Positions 8,920 through 18,588 of a stretch of 64,000 bases of DNA are shown here, piece by piece (position 1 is the first letter of the stretch; each line of letters begins with the position of its first letter). This stretch comes from Phycisphaerae bacterium (GTDB lineage: Bacteria > Planctomycetota > Phycisphaerae > UBA1845). The translations under genes and the position numbers were made by a program. Under the pieces are notes generated by a model. The model saw nothing but the letters and a program-made list of their open reading frames with translations, searched no databases and was not told the origin of the DNA. Location: assembly GCA_963666835.2 (NCBI GenBank), contig CAXXGO010000001.1, positions 1,408,001-1,472,000 on the forward strand. The letters are read 5' to 3'.

Positions 8920-9968
8920 GCGTTTGATTCCAGGTTATCAGACCCGCTGTCCCGCGCCGGGGCGATCGCCCGCCACTGCTCCAGCTTCTCCATCGCTTTC
9001 CCCTCGTCGATCGTTCGGGCGGCGAGAGCCACTCCCGCCCGCAGTTCCTTGGCCAACCCTCCAATCACGAGAGCCGCCCCGGCGTTCAAGAGCGTATGAT
9101 CCCGCGGGGCTCCAGCTTCGCCGCGTAGCACTCCCGTCACTACCGCGGCGCTGGCCTCTGGAGAGTCGATCAACAGATCGTCCAGAGCCCCCCGGTGCAG
9201 GCCCGCTCGCTCCGGAACGACCTCGAAGTGGGTGATACGTCGATCCCGAATCTCGGCCACAAGTGTTGAAGAGGTAATAGTCAGATCACAGAGCCCGTCC
9301 TTACCATGGACGACCCACGCGTGCTCCACCTTGAGCTGCAATAACGCCTGAGAGACCAGATCGACAAGATCAAGCGTGGGAACTCCCACCAATTGCCGCC
9401 GGACCCCCGCCGGATTGGTCAAAGGGCCGAGCACGTTGAAGATCGTACGAAACGGCAGCGCCCCGCGCACCGGAGCGGCATATCGCATGGCCGGGTGGAG
9501 GTTTCTGGCGTTCAAGTAGCCGATCCCGATTTCGCGCAGGCACCGTTCCACCGTTGTCTTGTCTGCGTCGACGTCGATACCCAAATGGGCGAGCACTTCG
9601 GTACTGCCGCTGACGCGCGTAGTACTTCGATTCCCGTGCTTCGCCACTTTCGCGCCGGACGCTGCGGCGATGATGGCGGCCGCAGTGGAGACGTTAAACG
9701 TACTCACGCCGTCGCCGCCCGTACCGCAAGTGTCGATGGCGTCTTCGCCGCCGGAAATCCGAACGCTGCTTTCGCGCATCGCCTCTGCGGCTCCGACGAC
9801 TTCGTCGGCGCATTCTCCCTTGGTGTGCAGGGCGGTCACCAGGGCGGCGCACTCGACGTCGGACAGTCCGCCAGCCATTATTTCGCCGAACACGGCCCGG
9901 GCCTGCTCGCGTTTCAGGCTCTGTGCCCGGACTACAAGACCGAGGATTCTCTTCAGTTCATTGTCCAC
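8916..9968 (-). CDS. trpD: Anthranilate phosphoribosyltransferase
   Basis: DTCGTGGDG, FNVST, KHGNRS, FNVLGPLTNP motifs; likely GTG start at 9968 (the ORF track extends to 10139). Confidence 0.95.
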   Translation of the reverse strand: MDNELKRILGLVVRAQSLKREQARAVFGEIMAGGLSDVECAALVTALHTKGECADEVVGAAEAMRESSVRISGGEDAIDTCGTGGDGVSTFNVSTAAAIIAAASGAKVAKHGNRSTTRVSGSTEVLAHLGIDVDADKTTVERCLREIGIGYLNARNLHPAMRYAAPVRGALPFRTIFNVLGPLTNPAGVRRQLVGVPTLDLVDLVSQALLQLKVEHAWVVHGKDGLCDLTITSSTLVAEIRDRRITHFEVVPERAGLHRGALDDLLIDSPEASAAVVTGVLRGEAGAPRDHTLLNAGAALVIGGLAKELRAGVALAARTIDEGKAMEKLEQWRAIAPARDSGSDNLESNA

Positions 9969-10187
9969 GTAGGCCCCTTCGAGTCGTTTCCTGAGAACCC
10001 GAGTTACGTTCGGTTGGTCGCGTTGTGCCGACCCGCGCGGCTGGATATTATCCGATCCGGCCGAGAGAGTCTTCACCCCTGTGATGTGGGCGAGCCCGGC
10101 TAACTGATGCGTCGCCGTTTCGTCCTCGATCGGGTTCAAACCGCGCTCGTGGGAGTGCGAATCCGGCCCAACGCCGCAGAGATAAGC

Positions 10188-11597
10188 ATGCTGGATCGCC
10201 TGGACCGCACGATTGTTGCAATTTCTTCAGCCGCGGGACGCAGTGCCGTCGGCATCGTCAGGTTATCCGGGTCCGATTCGCAGGCAATCGTCGAGCAGAT
10301 GGCCTCTGAGGGTTCCCAAAGACCTCTGTTGCTCCCGGATCGAGCGGGGCGGGTGCCGGGCTTTGTCTTCCCCGAGCCCGATCTGCATTTGCCGGCAGTA
10401 TTCTACGTTTTCCGGACGCCGCACAGTTACACCCGCCAGGATATCGTCGAGATTCACTCGATTGGATCACCGGTTGTTTTAGACATGATACGCCGTCGCG
10501 CCGTGGATCTCGGGGCGGTTCCTGCTGAGCCCGGGGAGTTCACGGCCAGGGCCTTTCTCAACGGGGCGATGGATCTTACCCGGGCCGAAGCAGTGGCCGG
10601 GATCATCCGGGCACGCAGCGATAGCCAACTGCGTGCCGCCCGGAGCATGATGGATGGAGCCCTGTCCGACCGGGTCTTTCGGATTCGCGATACGCTGGCC
10701 GACGTTCTTGCGCTGGTCGAGGCGGACATCGATTTCTCAGAGGAGCCGATCGACTTCATCACCCCCGACGTCTTACGCTCCAGACTCGCCGAGATCGGCA
10801 AGCAACTGAATAGCACGCTTACCGAGGCGGTTTCGACTGAGCGGATAGACGTTTTGCCGCGGATTCTGCTGCTCGGCCCGCCCAACGCGGGAAAAAGCTC
10901 GCTTATGAATGTCCTGACGCACACCAGTCGGGCGATCTGCCACGCCACGGCCGGTACCACCCGGGATGTTCTCTCGGCTCCGTTGGTGTTGGGGGGCGGT
11001 GAAGCGATCTTACTCGATGCGGCCGGCGTTGATTCGTCGGATGACCATATCGCGTCGGCCGCGCGAGAAACGGCTCTTGAGACCGCCGAAAGGGTGGACC
11101 TGATCTGCGTGGTCTTTGATATCGCACGAGCTGGCGAGGAAGCGGTCTTCCTCGACCGGATTGAGTCGCTCGAAACGGCCGAGATGGTGATCGCCGCCAA
11201 CAAGATCGATTTGGTGGAATCGGCGGAGATTTCCGCGGCCGTGGAGCGTCTGGTGGCTTTGGATCTGGGGCCCGTTTGCCCGGTGAGTGCTCGCACTGGG
11301 AGTGGGATTGGAGATCTTCGCAGGCTCTTAGCCGAGCGGTTGGCGATCGGTGCGGGTCCGGCGTTCGGCGAGTTGATCGTTCTCAGTGACCGCCAGCGGG
11401 AGGCCGTGAACGAGGCGACTGCCGCCGTCGGTCGGGCGGAGGCGTTGAGCACGGAGGCCGCGGCGACCATCGATTGTGCCGACCTCTTGGCATTTGAACT
11501 TCGTGAAGCTCTGGATGCTCTGGGTAGTGTTACGGGGGAAGTCACCACTGAGGATCTGCTCGGCCGCGTGTTCGCTGGTTTCTGCATCGGCAAGTAG
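10188..11597 (+). CDS. mnmE: tRNA modification GTPase MnmE (TrmE)
   Basis: TIVAISS, IVRLSG, PGEFTARAFLNG, G1 GPPNAGKSS, AGTTRD, NKID, C-terminal FCIGK; likely ATG 10188. Confidence 0.95.
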   Translation: MLDRLDRTIVAISSAAGRSAVGIVRLSGSDSQAIVEQMASEGSQRPLLLPDRAGRVPGFVFPEPDLHLPAVFYVFRTPHSYTRQDIVEIHSIGSPVVLDMIRRRAVDLGAVPAEPGEFTARAFLNGAMDLTRAEAVAGIIRARSDSQLRAARSMMDGALSDRVFRIRDTLADVLALVEADIDFSEEPIDFITPDVLRSRLAEIGKQLNSTLTEAVSTERIDVLPRILLLGPPNAGKSSLMNVLTHTSRAICHATAGTTRDVLSAPLVLGGGEAILLDAAGVDSSDDHIASAARETALETAERVDLICVVFDIARAGEEAVFLDRIESLETAEMVIAANKIDLVESAEISAAVERLVALDLGPVCPVSARTGSGIGDLRRLLAERLAIGAGPAFGELIVLSDRQREAVNEATAAVGRAEALSTEAAATIDCADLLAFELREALDALGSVTGEVTTEDLLGRVFAGFCIGK

Positions 11598-11694
11598 AGG
11601 GTCTTCGGGATCGCCGGCGGGACGCCGTCTCCGGACACGGTTTTTCTGGGGATGGGGGTCGCCACATCATGCGGGGCCGTATGACCGGAGGAGC

Positions 11695-11979
11695 TCAGCG
11701 TCTTTTGCGCCGATCGCGAAGCTCGGTGATTACGACCCACGGCAGAGTGGCAAGAAGCCACGTGCCAGGATCTAGCATCGCGGGGAGGAAGGCCCAAAGC
11801 CCAAGACTCTCTCGCGCGGATAGCCAGGCACCGAAAGCGAAGAGGAGAGACACGAGGCAAACACAAGAACACCCTCGGTCAATACCTGCTCTTCTTCTTG
11901 TTGCGGCAATACAGCCAACGATGTTGCCGAGCGCAACCAACGCTGAGAGCGCCAGGCATGTGACCGCAACGTAGATCAT
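11695..11979 (-). CDS. Small hypothetical membrane protein
   Basis: 94 aa with about three hydrophobic segments; fills the gap between mnmE and oleA. Confidence 0.5.
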   Translation of the reverse strand: MIYVAVTCLALSALVALGNIVGCIAATRRRAGIDRGCSCVCLVSLLFAFGAWLSARESLGLWAFLPAMLDPGTWLLATLPWVVITELRDRRKRR

Positions 11980-12208
11980 GTCTTGTGCCCAAACAGTCGG
12001 GTCCGGCTGGTTTCTCCCAGTACGATCGGTCTTCAGCCGATACGGTACTTGTTGTTAGATGCTGCGTAAACCAACAGGTGATCCTGCAACCTCCCCGGCC
12101 TCTTTGCGACAGGTTTGACCGGTTCCTGGCCCTTTCCGGCTGATGCTGCGCGCTCCTCGCGACGCTTCCGTTCTGACTGGGCGGACTACTCTGCGGATGC
12201 AAAGCCGC

Positions 12209-12214
12209 TATAAT
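12209..12214 (+). promoter_or_regulatory. Putative sigma70 -10 box for oleA-oleB
   Basis: Perfect TATAAT about 55 nt upstream of the oleA ATG in a GC-rich context. Confidence 0.45.
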
Positions 12215-12268
12215 GCCGCCCTTTGTGGTGTCGGCTGAAAAGCGGCGGGCGAACGAGGGTGATAGCGG

Positions 12269-13318
12269 ATGCTGAGTTACCAACACGTGCGGTTCGAGGA
12301 GTTCGGCTACGTGCTGCCCGAGACGGTGGTTACTTCGGTGCAGTTGGAGAAGGAGCTGGCTCCCATCTACGAGCGGTTCGGACTGCACGAAGGGCGGCTT
12401 GAGCTGATGACCGGGATCCGTGAGCGGCGGTTCTGGGATCCCGGTACGGTGCCGAGTGACGGTAGCACTCGGGCCGGGCGAAAAGCGCTGGAGAACTCCG
12501 GAGTCTCGCCGGGTGAGATCGAGTGTCTGATCCACACTTCGGTCTCTCGCGACTTTCTGGAGCCGGCGACGGCCTCGGTGGTCCACGACAACCTCGCCTT
12601 GCCGCGCGAGTCGATCATGTACGATATTTCCAACGCCTGCCTGGGGTTTCTCAACGGTATCGTCTCGTTGGCCAATATGATCGAACTGGGGCAGGTGAAA
12701 AGAGGGCTGATCGTAGCCGGGGAGAGCAGCCGGCAGCTCGTCGAGACCACCGTGCGGCAGTTGCTGGCGAAGCCGTCGCTCACCCGGCAGGAATTCAAAG
12801 CCGCGTTCGCGTCGCTGACGATTGGGTCCGGGGCGGTGGCGCTGGTAATGTCGCACGATTCCGTGTCGCGGACCAACCATCGGCTGTTGGGGGGCGTGAT
12901 CCGCACGGCCACCGAGCACAACGAGCTGTGCCGCGGAAGTGCCGATACCGGATTCGAGGGCGAATCGGCGATGACCATGCAGACCGACGCCGAGACTTTG
13001 CTGGTGGGGGGGTGCGAGCTGGCCGCCCAAACCTGGCAGGCTTTCGAGCAGCAGTTCGGATGGACGGATGAGGTGGTCGATCGGACTTTTTGCCATCAGG
13101 TTGGCACTGCGCATCGCGATCGGTTCTACGAGTCCATCCGGCTCGACCTGGCGAAGGACTATTCCACGTTCGAGTTCCTCGGCAATGTCGGCTCGGTCTC
13201 ACTGCCGTTGACCATGGCGATGGGTATCGAGCGCAATCCGCCGCCGGCCGATACCGCCATTGCCATGCTCGGGATCGGTAGCGGCTTGAGTAGCATGATG
13301 TTGGGGGTCCGCTGGTAG
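12269..13318 (+). CDS. oleA: OleA-type thiolase/KAS-III (acyl-CoA condensing enzyme, olefin biosynthesis)
   Basis: LELMTGIRERRFW, FLEPATA (catalytic Glu), NACLGF (Cys), LTIGSGA, HQVG, GNVGS, MLGIGSGL. Confidence 0.88.
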   Translation: MLSYQHVRFEEFGYVLPETVVTSVQLEKELAPIYERFGLHEGRLELMTGIRERRFWDPGTVPSDGSTRAGRKALENSGVSPGEIECLIHTSVSRDFLEPATASVVHDNLALPRESIMYDISNACLGFLNGIVSLANMIELGQVKRGLIVAGESSRQLVETTVRQLLAKPSLTRQEFKAAFASLTIGSGAVALVMSHDSVSRTNHRLLGGVIRTATEHNELCRGSADTGFEGESAMTMQTDAETLLVGGCELAAQTWQAFEQQFGWTDEVVDRTFCHQVGTAHRDRFYESIRLDLAKDYSTFEFLGNVGSVSLPLTMAMGIERNPPPADTAIAMLGIGSGLSSMMLGVRW

Positions 13319-13325
13319 GCCGGTC

Positions 13326-14195
13326 ATGGCTGACGGAACGTCCAGCTTCGAAGACCTTTACCCGTTCGAGCCACGATACCTGGACCTCGATGGGGTGCGG
13401 ATGCACTATGTCGATGAGGGCTCCGGTCCGGCGGTGCTCATGCTGCACGGCAACCCGACGTGGTCGTTCTACTATCGCGAGCTTATCAAGGGCCTGCGCG
13501 ACCGGTTTCGCGTGATCGTTCCGGACCACGTCGGTTGCGGGCTGTCCGACAAACCGCAGCGTTACGAGTACACCCTCGAAACGCACATCCGAAACCTCAG
13601 CCGGCTTGTTGACCACCTTGATGTTGGCGCGTTGGACCTTGTCGTACACGACTGGGGCGGGGCAATCGGGTTCGGTTGGGCGATGCGGAATTCCGAGCAA
13701 GTGCGCCGAATCGTGGTCTTTAACACCTCTGCTTTTGCCGGCCCGTGCCCGTGGCGGATACGCATCTGCCGTTGGCCCGGAGTCGGCGCTCTGCTGGTCC
13801 GCGGTTTCAACGCTTTCGCCGGTGCGGCGGTGCAGATGGCCTGCAAAAACCGAGCGCGGATGACCCCGGAGATCAAACGAGGTTACTTATTGCCCTATGT
13901 GGATTGGGCTTCGCGGATCGCCACGTTGCGGTTCGTGCAGGACATTCCCCTCGAATCGAACCACCCGACCCGGGCGCTGTTGGCGGAAGTGGAAGCGTCG
14001 CTGCCTCAGTTTGCCGACCGGCCGATGTTAATCTGCTGGGGCGGGCGCGATTTTTGTTTCAATGACTGGTTTCTGAGCCAGTGGCGCAGCCGCTTCCCCC
14101 GGGCAGAAGTCCACGAGTTCCCCGAGGCCGGTCACTACGTGGTGGAAGACGCCGTAGACGGCATTCTGCCGCTGGTGAGCCAGTTCCTGGCGTGA
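13326..14195 (+). CDS. oleB: OleB-type alpha/beta hydrolase (haloalkane dehalogenase family; beta-lactone decarboxylase)
   Basis: HGNPTWSFYYR, PDHVGCGLSDKP, HDWGG (Asp nucleophile), WGGRDFCF, AGHYVVED; 7 nt downstream of oleA. Confidence 0.82.
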   Translation: MADGTSSFEDLYPFEPRYLDLDGVRMHYVDEGSGPAVLMLHGNPTWSFYYRELIKGLRDRFRVIVPDHVGCGLSDKPQRYEYTLETHIRNLSRLVDHLDVGALDLVVHDWGGAIGFGWAMRNSEQVRRIVVFNTSAFAGPCPWRIRICRWPGVGALLVRGFNAFAGAAVQMACKNRARMTPEIKRGYLLPYVDWASRIATLRFVQDIPLESNHPTRALLAEVEASLPQFADRPMLICWGGRDFCFNDWFLSQWRSRFPRAEVHEFPEAGHYVVEDAVDGILPLVSQFLA

Positions 14196-14372
14196 CCGTC
14201 TCGGTCTGTTCGTAGATTCGCTGTTTTGTTTGACGCTTGCCGGGCGCGCGTCTAGGCTGGCGAGATGAGGGGCGGCAGCGTGTCGAGAGGATTGGACCCT
14301 GCCGAGTTCTCGCGGGCCTTATTGTCGACCGGGCTCTGGAGCATTATGGCAATCTGAAGCAGGAAGAGTCTG

Positions 14373-14726
14373 ATGGGAAACCCACTGTGTCATTTCGAGT
14401 TGATGACGAACGACCCGGAGAAGTGCAAGGCCTTCTACAAGAGAGTATTCGATTGGGAGCTCGACGACGAGTCGATGCCGGGCTACACCCTCGTGCGAAC
14501 AGGGTCGGAGCCGACGGGAGGGCTTTTCGCCAAGCCTCCGGAAGCGCCGTGTGCGTGTATGAATGTTTACTATCAGGTTGATGATCTGGACGACGCGCTC
14601 GCAAGGGCCATCGAAGGAGGGGCTACCGTTCTTGTCGGGAAGACGCCGATACGCAACGTCGGCTACTTTGCGATGTTCGCGGACCCGGAAGGGATAGCGA
14701 TCGGACTAATGCAACCGAACAGGTAA
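14373..14726 (+). CDS. VOC/glyoxalase family protein
   Basis: HFELMTNDPEKCKAFYKRVFDW...VYYQVDDLD...GYFAMFADPEG. Confidence 0.88.
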   Translation: MGNPLCHFELMTNDPEKCKAFYKRVFDWELDDESMPGYTLVRTGSEPTGGLFAKPPEAPCACMNVYYQVDDLDDALARAIEGGATVLVGKTPIRNVGYFAMFADPEGIAIGLMQPNR

Positions 14727-14749
14727 CGCGGTCTTTCGGCCTGCCCGGC

Positions 14750-14771
14750 GTAGCGCAGGCTTTCAGCCTGC
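14750..14771 (+). repeat. GTAG-type REP palindrome
   Basis: GTAGc-gcaggctttcagcctgc; the same caggctttcagcctg core occurs at 44084-44098. Confidence 0.6.
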
Positions 14772-14896
14772 CGGACGATCGACAGCCGTAGCCTGGTGCC
14801 TCGTCACGTGCAAGGCGCCGTTTCAATCCATACCGTGTCTCGTTGTTGTCCTGCTCACGGGCACTGGCACCCGCGGGCTTGGGTAGATAACCCGGA

Positions 14897-15136
14897 CTAG
14901 GTCCGTGGAGATTTCTGCTGAAGCAGTGACCGCAGAGCGATTATTCGACGTTTACTCGGAGGCACTTCTGCCGGACGTCGGTGAAGACGCCGTTTTCGAG
15001 AGTCGCCACCGGCTAACACGGTGCCTGGCGTGTATACCCGGCGGCATTGGCGGCAATACCGTGGAACCTCCCGCTCGTAACCCCGCACGACTGTAGGAAA
15101 GCTGCAATGCGGGCATAGTATGTATAACGGTGCCAT
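14897..15136 (-). CDS. Small basic zinc-ribbon protein
   Basis: MAPLYILCPHC...YCRQC followed by an Arg/Lys-rich tail; GGGGGA upstream of ATG 15136. Confidence 0.55.
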   Translation of the reverse strand: MAPLYILCPHCSFPTVVRGYEREVPRYCRQCRRVYTPGTVLAGGDSRKRRLHRRPAEVPPSKRRIIALRSLLQQKSPRT

Positions 15137-15310
15137 CTTCAATCCCCCGTACCGCGATCCCGGTGGATCGGGTTGCGTTCCCCTGCGATACATCCTGGAC
15201 CCGCCGATAACGGCGGTCCACCCTCAGGACACAAGGTGTCGCGACGTTTGCGCACACCTCAACCACCCGTTTCCGGCCTCTCGAAGGCCGATTCTTGTTA
15301 AGCTCGGCGC

Positions 15311-15480
15311 AAACCTCCTCCCCCCTCGGCAGTGAACCTGAAGGTAGAGCACCGACCGTGTCGAATCCGGGCAGCTTCGTGCCCGCTATGGAGCTTCCTT
15401 GAACCCCGATAGCCCCCACGCCGGGCATCAGTCTGTACCGGACGTCGGGCTTAGCTATTGTGAGGACGGGGAGATCACCC
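15311..15480 (+). ncRNA. Candidate structured non-coding RNA (6S/SsrS-like possible)
   Basis: Terminal pairing ctcccc..ctc / gag..ggggag; internal hairpins gggca-gcttcg-tgccc and gctat..atagc; TGtTAAGCT extended -10 at 15296-15304; hairpin plus T-rich tract at about 15508-15566. Confidence 0.35.
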
Positions 15481-15567
15481 CAGCCCCGTTTGCTTCCCTG
15501 CGGTCTCGCCGATCCCGCAACGTCTGCTCCGCCGACGTTCCTCTCGGGAGGGCGGCTGTGTTTTCTC

Positions 15568-15641
15568 CTGCCCTCCCTACTTTAGGGGAGGTGCTTGCCG
15601 GCCTAAAGGCCCCGTTCCCATCGCCCCTGGTAGGGAGGCAG
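15568..15641. other. Long imperfect hairpin downstream of the metalloprotease pair
   Basis: ctgccctccctac...gtagggaggcag outer stem; aggggaggtg/catcgcccct inner stem. Confidence 0.5.
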
Positions 15642-15672
15642 ACGGGTATTAACGGCCTCTGTGGAAGTACTC

Positions 15673-16848
15673 CTAGAGGCCCAGCAAACCGACCGTTTCA
15701 GTCAGCAGGGTCACCGCGTCCTGCAGACCAATCGGCATGATGTCGCTTGACAATGGAGCCTCCATGAACTCCTGATCTTCCAGGAACGCATCGGCAGCGG
15801 ACCGATCGTCCATCAGGGCGTCATCGTCGTCCACGTGATTGAGACCGAGAAGGTGTCCGGCCTCGTGGGACGCAATATTGCCGATCGCCGTGCCCATCTC
15901 CAGCGCCGTAGGTGGGGTCGAGAACACGGACGGATCAAACGACTCGGTGTAGATTATGGCGTCGTCGCAATAGTCCGTGTTGTACAGATCGACCGCCTCG
16001 GCAATCCCGAACGCTCCGCTGTGGAAGCCGCCGAAGTGGATCGTGGAATACTCTATGCTCTCTGCCGGCGGCGGATCGTCCGACGTCAGAACCGTTACAT
16101 CAAAGTCCTCGAAGTTCTGCTCGACCACGGCGCGAATCTGCTCTTTGATTACGTCGTCCTGGCCCCGGTAACGTTCGTCGATGCCTTCGGCCGAGAATGG
16201 GGCGAGGATGCGCGGTTCCAGATTGGCGGCCTCGACCGTTCCGCCGTCGAAATCGAGCATTAGGTACTGTCCAACTACTTCTGGGACGCTTGCTCCTCCC
16301 GATACCGTTACGTCCACCGAATAGGTGCCGGTCCGGTCTCCCGGCTGGGCGAAGGCTGAGTTCGTAACCACCAAGTAGTATGGGTCGGACTCATGGCGCG
16401 TGATCCAATCGACATAGGAATCTAGATCGAGCGTCGGTGACTCGGAGCGATCGTCGTTGTTGACGACCAGGAGGAAATCGGCGTCGAACATGGCGATGGA
16501 CACGTCCAAGTCCGAATTCGGCGTGGTTGCATCGACCACCACGCGATCCCCCGGAGCCAAAGCGCCGAGCATGTAGACGTCCATGTCGCCGGCCGTGACC
16601 ACGTTTCCCTGCAGACGCGCGACACCGTCGTCGAGCACGGCCACAATCGCCTCGTCGAACGAGTCGTTCGGTTCCCCCGAGGTTTTACCGAGAGGGCTGG
16701 TTAGCGTGGTGTCGCGGTTTCCGTCGATTATCTCGCTCTGATCCACATTGTTGATGAGCGGGAACGTGTCGCCGCACCCCTGGATCATTGCGGCGATCAC
16801 AATCAGCCCAATCGCCGGCGATCGATACGCGGCGTTGCCGATACTCAT
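15673..16848 (-). CDS. Metzincin (matrixin/M10-like) zinc metalloprotease lipoprotein with N-terminal PPC-like domain
   Basis: HEAGHLLGLNH with Met-turn DDALMD; lipobox IQGC; EPND...DMDVY PPC-like segment; start uncertain (ORF extends to 16965). Confidence 0.85.
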   Translation of the reverse strand: MSIGNAAYRSPAIGLIVIAAMIQGCGDTFPLINNVDQSEIIDGNRDTTLTSPLGKTSGEPNDSFDEAIVAVLDDGVARLQGNVVTAGDMDVYMLGALAPGDRVVVDATTPNSDLDVSIAMFDADFLLVVNNDDRSESPTLDLDSYVDWITRHESDPYYLVVTNSAFAQPGDRTGTYSVDVTVSGGASVPEVVGQYLMLDFDGGTVEAANLEPRILAPFSAEGIDERYRGQDDVIKEQIRAVVEQNFEDFDVTVLTSDDPPPAESIEYSTIHFGGFHSGAFGIAEAVDLYNTDYCDDAIIYTESFDPSVFSTPPTALEMGTAIGNIASHEAGHLLGLNHVDDDDALMDDRSAADAFLEDQEFMEAPLSSDIMPIGLQDAVTLLTETVGLLGL

Positions 16849-17006
16849 CAAATGCCCGTCTTGGTCGTTCTTCATGGTTGCCCTCGTGTTGCGCCGGAGT
16901 CTTCGGATCATCTCTGCGGCTTCGTTGATACTCATCGCCTGGCGCAATCCTAAGCACAATCGCACAGTCCGATCAATATGAACCGCTCAAGAGTTTACAA
17001 AGGGCG

Positions 17007-18278
17007 CTAGTGATCGTGCAGACCGCAGCCGCAACCACTGAAATGGAATTGGGCTCGCGCGGGCGGGCCGGTCCGCTTCGCGGCAAGAGTCTGCTTGCTG
17101 GCGGGGCTGTCTATGTACTTCATGAGGGCGAGCAGAGGATCCCCGCCGACAGTGTCCAGTAGCATCTGAATTGCGTCCTGGGACCCAAGCGGAAACACCT
17201 GCGAATGCAGGGGAGCCTTGCGGAAGCTCTGGTCGGCGAGCAGATCACGCAAGCTGGCGGTGACGTCCATGATGCCGGATGGGTCCGTAGTATGCACCAG
17301 CCCGAGGAGATGGCCGATCTCGTGGCTGGTCACATTGGCGATCGCCTGGGCCATCTCGGAGACCGACGGATTCAGCGGCGAGAAGGCGGCGAAAGTGTCG
17401 GTGAACACGATTGCTTCCTGGTCGGATGTGGCGTTGAATTCGTCTATGTTCTCGGAGACACCCAACAGAGCGGCGTCGTACGTACCGAAGAACACGCGGG
17501 TCATCGTTCCGTCGTAGACATCCCCCTCGCTGGTCGAGAGGATCTCCACGTTGAACCCATCGTAATCTTCGCGGACTCCGTCGATGATCTGCTCGATCAT
17601 GACCGCCGTCTGCCCGGCGTAGTCGGAATCGATATTGGCGGCGTCAAAAGCCGGGATGTCAATCCGCGGGCGGCTGCTGATCTTGACCCCATTGCCCCCG
17701 TTGAAGACGAGTAGCACGGTCTCCGGACGCTCACTCGGCAGTTCAGTCTCCGGCTCCTTGTATGCCAGCAGTGAGTAGTCGCCGGACGAATCGTACCCGG
17801 GAGTTGACGCGGTTGCGACGTAGCACGCCGAAGTAGGTCGGCGGACGACGATGTCGATAAACGGAGTCTTCTCGCCGAGGTAGACGTTACGGTGATCGTT
17901 CACCAGCAGGGAGGAATCGTCATCATCGAAGATGGCAATTGCTCCGTTGAGTGAACTATCGGGAGTCATCTCGACGATGATCCGATCTCCCGGTTCGGCT
18001 GAGCCCAGGTTGTAGACATCGACATCGTCGGCGCCGGTGATACTGCCGTGGATAGCCCGGGGGCCTTCGTCGAGATTCACCCCGTCAGAAGTGTCCACGC
18101 CGTCGTTGGCGCTGCTCTCGTAGTACGGAGATTCGCTGCCGGCTTGAACGATGGTCGACGCCAGGGTCGGTCGGGAGTCCCCGCTCGAACCGGGATCGCT
18201 CCCACACCCACAGATAACCAGTGCGCCCAGGCACGCCAGGCGCACGCCATACCCGCTTCGCAAAACTTGGACGAACAC
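17007..18278 (-). CDS. Metzincin (matrixin/M10-like) zinc metalloprotease lipoprotein, paralog of the adjacent gene
   Basis: HEIGHLLGLVH with GIMD; lipobox ICGC; DDVDVY...LLVNDHR PPC-like segment; likely GTG 18278 after GAGGGG. Confidence 0.85.
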   Translation of the reverse strand: MFVQVLRSGYGVRLACLGALVICGCGSDPGSSGDSRPTLASTIVQAGSESPYYESSANDGVDTSDGVNLDEGPRAIHGSITGADDVDVYNLGSAEPGDRIIVEMTPDSSLNGAIAIFDDDDSSLLVNDHRNVYLGEKTPFIDIVVRRPTSACYVATASTPGYDSSGDYSLLAYKEPETELPSERPETVLLVFNGGNGVKISSRPRIDIPAFDAANIDSDYAGQTAVMIEQIIDGVREDYDGFNVEILSTSEGDVYDGTMTRVFFGTYDAALLGVSENIDEFNATSDQEAIVFTDTFAAFSPLNPSVSEMAQAIANVTSHEIGHLLGLVHTTDPSGIMDVTASLRDLLADQSFRKAPLHSQVFPLGSQDAIQMLLDTVGGDPLLALMKYIDSPASKQTLAAKRTGPPARAQFHFSGCGCGLHDH

Positions 18279-18582
18279 AGCTTTCCCCTCAAACGAAAGA
18301 TGCGGACTTCTTTCCCCCACCAACCCCCCCGGTTGGTGGTTGCCCACAGACCGTTCGTTGGTCACGCAAGTGCGGCTGCCGCCAGGCCCCTCCGAACCCC
18401 GGTCGGCCGATCCCAACGGCCGCACTGCGTAACCAACTGTGCTTCGTCCCCTCCGAAAGTGACTTTACGATACGAAGCCGACTTGCGAGGGCGGGCGACT
18501 TGAGAAAAGTGTCAAGAATACCACCAGACTGGTTCTTTTCGGACAATTGCGCGTTAACCCGTGCATCGCGTGGCCAAGGGGC

Positions 18583-18588
18583 TATAAT
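18583..18588 (+). promoter_or_regulatory. Putative -10 box for addA (short or absent leader)
   Basis: TATAAT 10 nt before ATG 18599; no clear Shine-Dalgarno. Confidence 0.45.

Noticed and set aside
10454..13114. Long antisense ORFs (10454..11872, 11879..13114 and similar ones elsewhere)
   Set aside because: Shadow ORFs opposite well-supported genes, typical of high-GC DNA.
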